In this document: in pieces, positions 56,384 to 64,000 of the stretch
How the letters are laid out: every line of letters starts with the position of its first letter
Position numbering within the stretch: the first letter of the stretch is position 1
NCBI GenBank assembly: GCA_964638415.1
Contig: CAZWYP010000002.1
Location: 97,997 to 161,996 of the forward strand
Origin: an uncultured Gammaproteobacteria bacterium
GTDB taxonomy: Bacteria > Patescibacteriota > Patescibacteriia > UBA1558 > GWA2-36-10
Length of the DNA stretch: 64,000 nucleotides
Reading direction: 5' to 3'
Position numbers and translations under genes: made by a program
Notes under the pieces: generated by a model
Seen by the model: the letters and a program-made list of their open reading frames with translations, nothing else
What the model was told of the DNA's origin: nothing
Databases searched by the model: none

Positions 56384-57078
56384 AATACTTAGTAGTAGTT
56401 CCCACATATAATGAAGCGGAAAATATCGTTAAACTAATTGACGAGATTTTTGCTTTAGCAATTGAGCAGTTATCTATTTTAGTGGTGGATGATAATTCTC
56501 CTGACCATACTGCTGAATTAGTTGAGGAATTAAAAAATAAATATCCAGATAAATTATTTTTAGCCAAACGCTCTGGGAAGCTGGGTTTGGGTTCAGCTTA
56601 CCAGTTCGGCTTTGCCTGGGCATTGGATCATGGTTATAACTTTGCTTTTTCCATGGATGCAGATTTTTCTCATAATCCCCAGGATTTGGTAAAATTAATG
56701 GAGGTTAGTAAGGATTATGATATTGTCTTAGCTTCGCGCAAAATTCCTGGTGGCAAAATTATTGGTTGGAATTGGCGCCGTTATTTAGCCAGTCATGGTG
56801 CGATGGCTTTATCCCGCTTGATTCTTTGGCTTAAAACCCACGATGTAACCGCTGGCTTTAAATGCTATAGCCGCAGATATTTGGAATTTTTGTTGAGTAA
56901 GAACATTAAGAGTAATGGCTATGCTTTCCAGATTGAGACTATATATCTGGCAGAAAAAAATAAATTTACTGTCAAAGAAATTCCTACTACTTTTGTGGAT
57001 CGCAAGTTTGGACAATCTAAATTATCTAGTAAGGACATTATTGAATTCTTTATTAATGTTATTAAATTAAGGTTTTAG
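56380..57078 (+). CDS. GT2 polyprenyl-phosphate glycosyltransferase (Dpm1/GtrB-like).
   Basis: VVVPTYNEAENI, VDDNSPDHT and DADFSHNPQD motifs. Confidence 0.8.
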   Translation: MKYLVVVPTYNEAENIVKLIDEIFALAIEQLSILVVDDNSPDHTAELVEELKNKYPDKLFLAKRSGKLGLGSAYQFGFAWALDHGYNFAFSMDADFSHNPQDLVKLMEVSKDYDIVLASRKIPGGKIIGWNWRRYLASHGAMALSRLILWLKTHDVTAGFKCYSRRYLEFLLSKNIKSNGYAFQIETIYLAEKNKFTVKEIPTTFVDRKFGQSKLSSKDIIEFFINVIKLRF

Positions 57079-57080
57079 GG

Positions 57081-58124
57081 ATGAAGCTGTTGATGATCAC
57101 TAGAAAAGTTGACAGAGCAGACGGTTTAGCCGGCTTCACTTATAATTGGATAAAAAAGCTGTCTCAGCATTTGGATCAACTATATGTTATCTGCTTAGAG
57201 AAGGGTGATGCTGATAACCTACCTCCTAATGTAGAAATATTTTCCTTAGGCAAGGAAAAAGGAAAGAACAAAATTAGAGAATTTATTAATTTTCATAAAT
57301 TTGCTGCTAAATTAGTTCCTAAAGTTGACGGCATTTTTGCCCATCAAAATCCGGAGTATGGTATTTTAATATCTCCCTGGGCCAAGATTCACCGCAAAAA
57401 ACTGATTGCCTGGTATGTGCATAAGCAAGTCGGTTTTAAATTAAAACTTCTTAATATTTTGGTAGATAAAATAATTTCTATTAATAAACAGAGTTTGCGT
57501 TTAGCAAGCAAGAAAGTAGTTTGGTTACATCACGGTATTGATACTGATATTTTTTCTTTTCAAAATAGAACCCACCATGAAGAAACACGCTTATTAACTG
57601 TAGGTAGAATTTCACCAACTAAAAGGATTGATCTAATGATTGATTTATTGAGCATTTTAAAGAAAAAATTGACTGGAAGAATAATTTTTAAAATAGCTGG
57701 TGAGCCAACATTATTAATTGATCATGATTATTTATCAAGTTTAAAGAATAAGGTAAAAGAACTTAATTTAGAAGAAAATGTTATTTTTTTAGGGTCGGTA
57801 GCCAATGATCAAGTGCCTGTTGTATATCAATGGGCTGATATTTTTTTTAATTTTAGTAAAACAGGCAGCGTAGATAAAAATGTGCTGGAAGCAGCTAGTT
57901 GTGGTAATTTGATTTTAACCAATAATCCGGCTTTTGATTTTTTACCTGGAATTTGCCGAGCGGAAAATGATAATATTGAACAGTTGCTTGCTAAACTTGA
58001 AAAACTAATTAATTTACCAGATAGCGAGCGCGAAGCTTTATCCCGACAGTTAAGATTAATTGTTGTTAGAGAACATAATTTAGATAACTTAGTAGAAAAA
58101 ATTATTGATCAATTTTATGGATAA
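57081..58124 (+). CDS. Glycosyltransferase family 4.
   Basis: GT-B C-terminal domain pattern. About 347 aa. Confidence 0.7.
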   Translation: MKLLMITRKVDRADGLAGFTYNWIKKLSQHLDQLYVICLEKGDADNLPPNVEIFSLGKEKGKNKIREFINFHKFAAKLVPKVDGIFAHQNPEYGILISPWAKIHRKKLIAWYVHKQVGFKLKLLNILVDKIISINKQSLRLASKKVVWLHHGIDTDIFSFQNRTHHEETRLLTVGRISPTKRIDLMIDLLSILKKKLTGRIIFKIAGEPTLLIDHDYLSSLKNKVKELNLEENVIFLGSVANDQVPVVYQWADIFFNFSKTGSVDKNVLEAASCGNLILTNNPAFDFLPGICRAENDNIEQLLAKLEKLINLPDSEREALSRQLRLIVVREHNLDNLVEKIIDQFYG

Positions 58125-58737
58125 ACAGGTTAATAAAAGTCATTATAATTTCGGTAAATATTGTTTTTATGAGCGTTGGGCCAGTTATTGGTATCAGTTG
58201 GGTGAGATTTTTAAATTACAGCCGCAGTCAATTTTGGAAGTGGGAGTGGGCGACAAAGTCATCAAAAATTATCTGCAAACCAATACTAATATATCTTATC
58301 AAAGTGTTGATATTGCTGAGGATTTACAGCCGGACATTATCAGCAATGTTAATGATTTGAAAATTTCCGATAACAGCTTTGATGTGGTTTGCGCTTTTGA
58401 AGTTTTGGAACATTTGCCATTTGAGCAATTTGCCAGGTCTTTAAAGGAAATGAGGCGAGTAGCTAAAAAAAATATATTAATTAGCTTACCTCACTGGGGA
58501 CGACATTTTTCCTTGACTATGTGGCTGCCTGGATTGAAAAAAATTACCTGGCAGAAAAAACTCTCCTTATTGCCAGTTGAACATAAGTTTAACGGCCAGC
58601 ATTATTGGGAGATTGGTAAACAGGGATATGAATTAAAAAAAATCAGGCAGATAATAAAAGATTGTAATTTAAAGATAGTTAGGGATTATATTGCCCATGA
58701 ATCGCCTTATCATCATTTCTTTGTTTTGGAAAAGTAG
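58117..58737 (+). CDS. Class I SAM-dependent methyltransferase.
   Basis: ILEVGVGDKV (motif I) and FDVVCAFEVLEHL. The ATG at 58117 overlaps the upstream stop (ATGGATAA). Confidence 0.65.
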   Translation: MDKQVNKSHYNFGKYCFYERWASYWYQLGEIFKLQPQSILEVGVGDKVIKNYLQTNTNISYQSVDIAEDLQPDIISNVNDLKISDNSFDVVCAFEVLEHLPFEQFARSLKEMRRVAKKNILISLPHWGRHFSLTMWLPGLKKITWQKKLSLLPVEHKFNGQHYWEIGKQGYELKKIRQIIKDCNLKIVRDYIAHESPYHHFFVLEK

Positions 58738-58740
58738 GCT

Positions 58741-60588
58741 ATGTGTGGAATTAACGGATTTAATTTTAAAAACGAGCAGCTGATTCAGGCTATGAATCAA
58801 GCAATTCAACACCGCGGCCCGGATGATCAGGGAGTTTATGCTGATGATAATTTTACTTTTGGACATTTGCGTTTGAGTATTATTGATTTATCCGCTGCTG
58901 GCCATCAACCGATGTTTAGCGCTGACGGAAACTTGGTGATTATTTATAACGGTGAGCTGTACAATTTTTTGGAAATTAAAAAGGATCTACTTCTCAAGGG
59001 ATATAATTTTCGCTCCAAATCCGATACTGAGGTCATTCTTTGCGCTTATCAGGAATACGGAGAAAATTGTTTGCAAAAGTTCAACGGCATTTTTTCTTTT
59101 GCCATCTGGAATAAAAAAACTAAAGAACTATTTGCCGCTCGTGATCATTTGGGAATCAAACCGTTTTTTTATTATTATCACCAAAATAAATTTATTTTTT
59201 CTTCAGAAATAAAAGGAATTTTAGCCCACCCCATTGATCGATCAATGAATTTTGACGCTTTGAATCTGTATTTTAGATTTTTGTATATTCCCGGTTTACA
59301 AACTCCTTTCCAGTATATAAAAAAATTACCACCGGCTTCTTATTTGAGATTTAAGGATAACAAACTGGAAATAAAAAAATACTGGCAGGCGGAAGTAAAA
59401 CCGGAAATTTTTTCTTTTGTCGAGGCCAAAGAGCAATTGAGAAAAACGTTTGATCAGTCGGTCAAGCGCCAGCTAATTTCCGATCGTCCACTAGGGTTGT
59501 TTTTGAGCGGCGGAATTGATTCTACAGCAGTGCTGGGAGCGATGTCGCAAGCGGCGGCAGGGCGGATAAAAACTTTTTCCGTCGGTTTTGACGTGGACGT
59601 GCAACAGGACAAGTTTAACCTGGATAGCATTTTGGCCAAAAAAACTAGCCAACACTATCATACCGAGCATCATGAGTTGATTCTTAAGCCTAGAGATATT
59701 CTAGATAATTTGGAAATGGTTGTTTACCATATGGACGATTTGGTATCAAACCATATTCAAACGGCAATGTATTTGCTGTCCAAAATGACCAAACAAACTG
59801 TTGATGTGGTATTGTCCGGCGATGGCGGTGATGAAATTTTTGGCGGTTATGATCGATACTATTATTATAATATTATTGAAAAATGGCAGAAATTTCCGAA
59901 AATTTTAAGAAAAAATTTTATCAGCCAAGGTTTATTTCAAATTCTTGGTAAACAGGATTGGTATCAAAAATTAAATGCCGATGATGTCCTTGGTGTTTAC
60001 TGGCAATTCAGAGCTCAACCGAAAGAGGAATTAGCTAGATTTTTGAAACCGGAATTTAATCGTCAAATATCAGCCGAGAGAATAGTCAACGATAGTTTTT
60101 TTACCGGCGATCATAAAAATTTAACGGACTATTTGATGCAAGTGGACCGAGACAATTGGCTGATTGACGAAGCATTGGCTAAAGCTGATCGAATGACCAT
60201 GGCGCATGCATTAGAGCAGCGTGTGCCTATTTTGGATAGAGAGTTAGTTGAATTGGCAGCTAAGATACCAAATAAGTTTAAGATTCACAGTTCCAGCCAG
60301 GGAAAATACGTTTTTAAAGAAGCGGTAAAGAACTACTTGCCAGAGTATATTTATCACAAGCCGAAAACCGGTTGGTTTTCACCGGCATCCAAGTGGCTCA
60401 GGACCGATTTAAAAGATATGGCTTATCAAGTCCTATCGCCGGATTATAATCAAGACACAGATAAATTTTTTGACTTCAAGGAAATTAGAAAAATTTTAGA
60501 CAGTCATATCAGCCAAGAGTATTATGCCTTGAACACTGTTTGGTCGTTGATTATTTTCCAAATCTGGTATAAAATGCAGAAACAATAA
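58741..60588 (+). CDS. asnB: Asparagine synthetase B-family glutamine amidotransferase.
   Basis: N-terminal MCGI (Ntn Cys2). SGGIDS PP-loop. Confidence 0.85.
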   Translation: MCGINGFNFKNEQLIQAMNQAIQHRGPDDQGVYADDNFTFGHLRLSIIDLSAAGHQPMFSADGNLVIIYNGELYNFLEIKKDLLLKGYNFRSKSDTEVILCAYQEYGENCLQKFNGIFSFAIWNKKTKELFAARDHLGIKPFFYYYHQNKFIFSSEIKGILAHPIDRSMNFDALNLYFRFLYIPGLQTPFQYIKKLPPASYLRFKDNKLEIKKYWQAEVKPEIFSFVEAKEQLRKTFDQSVKRQLISDRPLGLFLSGGIDSTAVLGAMSQAAAGRIKTFSVGFDVDVQQDKFNLDSILAKKTSQHYHTEHHELILKPRDILDNLEMVVYHMDDLVSNHIQTAMYLLSKMTKQTVDVVLSGDGGDEIFGGYDRYYYYNIIEKWQKFPKILRKNFISQGLFQILGKQDWYQKLNADDVLGVYWQFRAQPKEELARFLKPEFNRQISAERIVNDSFFTGDHKNLTDYLMQVDRDNWLIDEALAKADRMTMAHALEQRVPILDRELVELAAKIPNKFKIHSSSQGKYVFKEAVKNYLPEYIYHKPKTGWFSPASKWLRTDLKDMAYQVLSPDYNQDTDKFFDFKEIRKILDSHISQEYYALNTVWSLIIFQIWYKMQKQ

Positions 60589-60592
60589 ATTC

Positions 60593-61279
60593 ATGGAATT
60601 ACGTAGTATTAGCAACAATCTGGGGTTATGGAAAGATATCTGGCGGGAGTCAATTAAAGGTAAGACTGTTGACCGAATTTTACTTAACCACGGTTTGCGC
60701 CAAATTAAATTAAGCGGGGAAGTTTTAGATTTGGGCTCGGGCGGCAAAGCGGGCAGTTACCATCGGTTTATAGATTATCAGAAACCTTATCATGTTTATT
60801 GTACCGATTTATATCGTCGTCCGGACAGTCAAGATATAATTGAGTTGGATTTGGAAAAGAAATTTGATTTACCGGAGGCGCAATATGACGCTGTGACTTG
60901 TTTCAATGTTTTGGAGCATATTTATGATCACCATAATTTAATTGCTGAATCAACTAGAGTTTTAAAGCCCGGTGGTAAATTTATCGGCAGTGTTCCGTTT
61001 TTGGTTGGTTATCATGCTGATCCCAATGATTATTGGCGCTATACTCATCAGAGTTTGGAACGCTTGTTTAACCAGCACGGATTACAAGTGGAGAAAATGT
61101 TTGTTTTGGCTTTTGGTCCGCTGACGGCAGCTTGGATTCAATGGGAGTTTGTTTGGCCTGGATTTTTGAAGCCGATTTTTTTGTTTTTTATCATCAATAT
61201 AGATATCTGGCTTATAAAGTGGAAAAAATTTTTGCAGCATAAATTTGTTTTGGGGTATTTATTTGTAGCTAGGAAATAA
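60593..61279 (+). CDS. Class I SAM-dependent methyltransferase.
   Basis: VLDLGSGGKAG, VTCFNVLEHI and LKPGGKFIGSVP. Confidence 0.65.
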   Translation: MELRSISNNLGLWKDIWRESIKGKTVDRILLNHGLRQIKLSGEVLDLGSGGKAGSYHRFIDYQKPYHVYCTDLYRRPDSQDIIELDLEKKFDLPEAQYDAVTCFNVLEHIYDHHNLIAESTRVLKPGGKFIGSVPFLVGYHADPNDYWRYTHQSLERLFNQHGLQVEKMFVLAFGPLTAAWIQWEFVWPGFLKPIFLFFIINIDIWLIKWKKFLQHKFVLGYLFVARK

Positions 61280-61282
61280 TGT

Positions 61283-62377
61283 ATGAAAGTTTTTTATGTT
61301 ATTTATGAAGATTTTGGAGACAGCCGTGCTAGTAATTGGCAGATAGTGAATACGGCTAATCATTTAGAGCGGGAGGGCTTAAGTGTAGAATTGATCTTTC
61401 CTTATGAATTTTCTACTGACAAGTATCAGATAAAAAATAAAACATTTTTTTTATTTAATAAGCCAATAAACATTTTCAGTAAATTTAATTTATTAAAATT
61501 TAATTTTAAACTTTTTTTATTTTTAAAAAGTAAAACCCAAGAAGGTGATATTATTTATTTTCGGCATTTATTATTACTCCCCGGCATTTTTTTAATCAGC
61601 CGATTATTGCCGAAAATAAAAGTTGTTTACGAAGTTCATCGTGAAGTTAATAGTGCCATAGGAAGATTTTTTGAAAAGAAATTAGTATTAAAAAATACTA
61701 AAGTTATTACAATTTCAGAAAAACTAAAGAAAATTTATCAGCGCAGTTATTCATTATCCCCAAAACAGATAGAAGTGATTCATGATGCTGTTGATTTTCA
61801 AAAATTCAGCGTAAACTTAACTAAAGAAGAGGCAAAAAAGCAGTTAAATATAAATTTTGATCGCCCGGTTGTTATGTATTTGGGCACATTATGGTCAGTT
61901 AAAGGAGTAGAGTTACTGTTTAATGCTGCCGTAAAGATGCCTGAATATAACTTTTATTTTATTGGTAAAATTCATCCAGAATTTCATGAGATAGTCAAAA
62001 AGTATCAAGGTATTCCGAATATTTTTATTCTGCCAGCGGTAGTCCAGACAGAGGTTGCAGTTTATCAACGGGCCGCTGATCTATTAGTTATTCCGCATTT
62101 GGATAATAACTTATCGCAGTCACCATTAAAATTATTTGAATATTTAGCTTCCGGTACTCCTATTTTAGCCGCTAAACTAGAAAATTTAGAGGAAGTATTG
62201 CCGCTGGAAAATTTGTATTTTTCTCCAGGATCAATTGAAGACTTAATTGATAAAATAAAAATATTTTTTGCTGAATCTGTGAAATATCAACAACAGGCCA
62301 AAAACAACCCGATGATTGCTCAAAAATACTCCTGGCAGAATCGAGCGCAATTAATAAAAGAATTTATTTTTAGATAA
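61283..62377 (+). CDS. Glycosyltransferase family 4.
   Basis: GT-B architecture with E-x7-E-like C-terminal motif region. Confidence 0.65.
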   Translation: MKVFYVIYEDFGDSRASNWQIVNTANHLEREGLSVELIFPYEFSTDKYQIKNKTFFLFNKPINIFSKFNLLKFNFKLFLFLKSKTQEGDIIYFRHLLLLPGIFLISRLLPKIKVVYEVHREVNSAIGRFFEKKLVLKNTKVITISEKLKKIYQRSYSLSPKQIEVIHDAVDFQKFSVNLTKEEAKKQLNINFDRPVVMYLGTLWSVKGVELLFNAAVKMPEYNFYFIGKIHPEFHEIVKKYQGIPNIFILPAVVQTEVAVYQRAADLLVIPHLDNNLSQSPLKLFEYLASGTPILAAKLENLEEVLPLENLYFSPGSIEDLIDKIKIFFAESVKYQQQAKNNPMIAQKYSWQNRAQLIKEFIFR

Positions 62378-62378
62378 T

Positions 62379-63407
62379 ATGGATTTTATTTGTCCCAAAG
62401 ATAGTAATATTTTAAGTCGCGAAACATCAGGCTTCCTTTGTGCTAAATGTTCGTCATTCTACCCATTGATTGATGGAGTTCCCAATTTTGTCAAAAAAGA
62501 TTTTTATTGGGGAGAGATACCCCAGGCTGGTATGGAATCTTTATTAGCAATAATCAAACAAGATGGCTACCAAGCAGGCTTAGATTATTTAGATAAGAAT
62601 TTTCCCGGCCGGTCAAAGTTTGTTTTTGATGTCACGCGCTCTGATTGGCGTTGGCCAATTGATATACAACCCGGAATGAAAATATTGGATCTTGGTTGTG
62701 GTTGGGGGACACATACATTTCCTTTAGCTAATTTAGATACAGAAGTATACGCCGTAGATTTAACTAAACAACGGGTTGATTTTGTGGAAGCCAGGAAAAG
62801 ATTTGAAAATAGAAATAACATTTTCCCCTTGGTGGCCAATGTTATGGAATTGCCTTTTTCGGGGGAAAGTTTTGATTTGATTGTAAGTAATGGCGTATTG
62901 GAATGGGTTGGTTTGCAAACCGAATTCGGTGGACCAGTAGAGGTACAAATCAAGTTCTTGCAAAAAATGAGAAATTTATTAAAACCAGGTGGAGTTTTGT
63001 ATATAGGTATTGAAAATCGTTACGCTCAAGCATATTTTTACAAAGGCATTGACCATTCAGGAATTAAATATACTAGTTTATTACCTCGTTTTTTGGCCAA
63101 TTTGTATACTAAATGGAAAATAAAAAAACCATATATTACTTATACTTATTCCCATACTGGATTTATAAACTTATTTAAAAAAAGCGGATTTACTAAAGTA
63201 GAAACCTATCTGCCATTTCCTGGGTACAATAATCCCATTTCTTTAGTTCCTTATGACGATTTTAATTCTTTTAAATTTTTTCTAAAAACCCGGGGGAGAA
63301 TTGCCAAGATCAAACCCGAGTGGCTCAAGAATTTACTGCTTAATAAATTTTTTGTTAAGTTGTATCGTTTTTTTATTTACAGTTTTGCTTTTTATTTAAA
63401 GAAATAG
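62379..63407 (+). CDS. Methyltransferase with an N-terminal Trm112-like zinc ribbon.
   Basis: CPKDSNILSR...CAKCSSFYPLIDGVPNF ribbon. ILDLGCGWG motif I. LKPGGVLYIG. Confidence 0.6.
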   Translation: MDFICPKDSNILSRETSGFLCAKCSSFYPLIDGVPNFVKKDFYWGEIPQAGMESLLAIIKQDGYQAGLDYLDKNFPGRSKFVFDVTRSDWRWPIDIQPGMKILDLGCGWGTHTFPLANLDTEVYAVDLTKQRVDFVEARKRFENRNNIFPLVANVMELPFSGESFDLIVSNGVLEWVGLQTEFGGPVEVQIKFLQKMRNLLKPGGVLYIGIENRYAQAYFYKGIDHSGIKYTSLLPRFLANLYTKWKIKKPYITYTYSHTGFINLFKKSGFTKVETYLPFPGYNNPISLVPYDDFNSFKFFLKTRGRIAKIKPEWLKNLLLNKFFVKLYRFFIYSFAFYLKK

Positions 63408-63408
63408 A

Positions 63409-64000
63409 ATGATAAATTTTCTTAAAAAATATATAGCCAAAAATTATTTAGATATTCAGGCTGAATCCGATCAATTAAGTATCATTAAAACTCAAAACGG
63501 ACTAGGACAATGGGATCGCAAGATAGTTTTTTATGTTATGAAAAAAAATTTAAATCACCCGTCTTTAGTGGTCTATTCAGCCAGGAGTCAGTCGGCTAAC
63601 GAGGTTTTGATAAACTCCATATCGTCATTAGAACTTAACCAACAATTTGGGCCAAAATTATTATTTAAAGATTATTATCAAGATATTATATTTTGGGGTG
63701 TTGAATTTTTAAATGGTCGAAAACTTAATTTAGAAAATAAAGTAGATATGAACCTGTCTTGGGAATACTTAATGCAAACTTTTAGCCAGACAGATCTGCT
63801 GCAAAAAACACTGGAAGATTTTTATCAAGAGCTCAAGAAAAAGTTTTTACAATTGGGTTTAAATATTAATTCTTTCCTTTCACCTTTACCGGATAATGTT
63901 GGCTCATTGTCATTACCAATTATTCCTCAACATGGAGATTTTCAGGATAATAACCTTTTTATCGTTGATAAAAGACTAAAAATAATAGATTGGGATGATT
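63409..64000 (+). CDS. 3'-truncated kinase of the aminoglycoside/choline-kinase phosphotransferase (APH) fold.
   Basis: QHGDFQDNNLFI...IIDWDD catalytic/Brenner-like motifs. Open to the window end. Confidence 0.45.
   Translation, partial: MINFLKKYIAKNYLDIQAESDQLSIIKTQNGLGQWDRKIVFYVMKKNLNHPSLVVYSARSQSANEVLINSISSLELNQQFGPKLLFKDYYQDIIFWGVEFLNGRKLNLENKVDMNLSWEYLMQTFSQTDLLQKTLEDFYQELKKKFLQLGLNINSFLSPLPDNVGSLSLPIIPQHGDFQDNNLFIVDKRLKIIDWDD

Noticed and set aside
1-64000. Looked for CRISPR arrays, tRNAs (GGTTCRANTCC T-loops), rRNA, and transposase or integrase genes.
   Set aside because: No regularly spaced direct repeats, no tRNA-like T-arm motifs, no recombinase-like ORFs detected by eye. The only tandem repeats are the in-gene 21-nt heptad repeats at 52608-52693.

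Overview
This window is AT-rich (about 33-35% GC) and tightly packed with genes. It looks like a small-genome, probably Candidate-Phyla-Radiation-like bacterium. Ribosomal protein L30 is absent between rpsE and rplO. Several ribosomal proteins carry extensions. RF2 is present, so UGA is a stop codon (genetic code 11).

Gene order:
- 1-2862: three membrane-anchored surface proteins with Asn/Gln-rich linkers and thrombospondin-type-3-like Ca-binding repeats.
- 2855-9295: ybeY-dgkA-ftsA-ftsZ-nrdR, an HtrA protease and prfB.
- 10848-13131: a split ComEC (channel gene plus a separate MBL-domain gene).
- 13190-15769: an orphan receiver, ndk, a DUF360 membrane protein, rpmB on the minus strand (missed by the ORF track because it is under 60 aa) and an M50 protease.
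- 15770-17900: an unusual GC-enriched, ORF-poor 2 kb segment containing promoters, terminators, a long-range inverted repeat, a secreted protein and a GC3-rich 27-codon sORF.
- 18016-35719: a long str/S10/spc block (rpsL, rpsG, fusA, tuf, rpsJ through rplO, secY, adk, map) followed by ruvX.
- 35712-39405: a GT4 polyprenyl-phosphate sugar-1-P transferase, DUF192, a membrane protein, a likely catalytically dead HtrA-like PDZ protein and a minus-strand HTH protein.
- 39758-64000: the most striking part, a co-directional candidate cell-surface protein glycosylation island. It runs from an ECF sigma factor and a DUF5667 anti-sigma-like protein, through a palindromic operator and a 1257-aa Thr/Ser/Gly/Asn-rich secreted giant protein, to a TPR protein and an O-antigen-ligase (Wzy_C)-TPR fusion that is a candidate O-oligosaccharyltransferase. 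Two tandem PMT/ArnT-like GT-C transferases follow. The island ends with a GT4/GT2/methyltransferase/AsnB-amidotransferase/kinase glycan-building cluster.

No CRISPR array, tRNA, rRNA, transposase or integrase was recognised.
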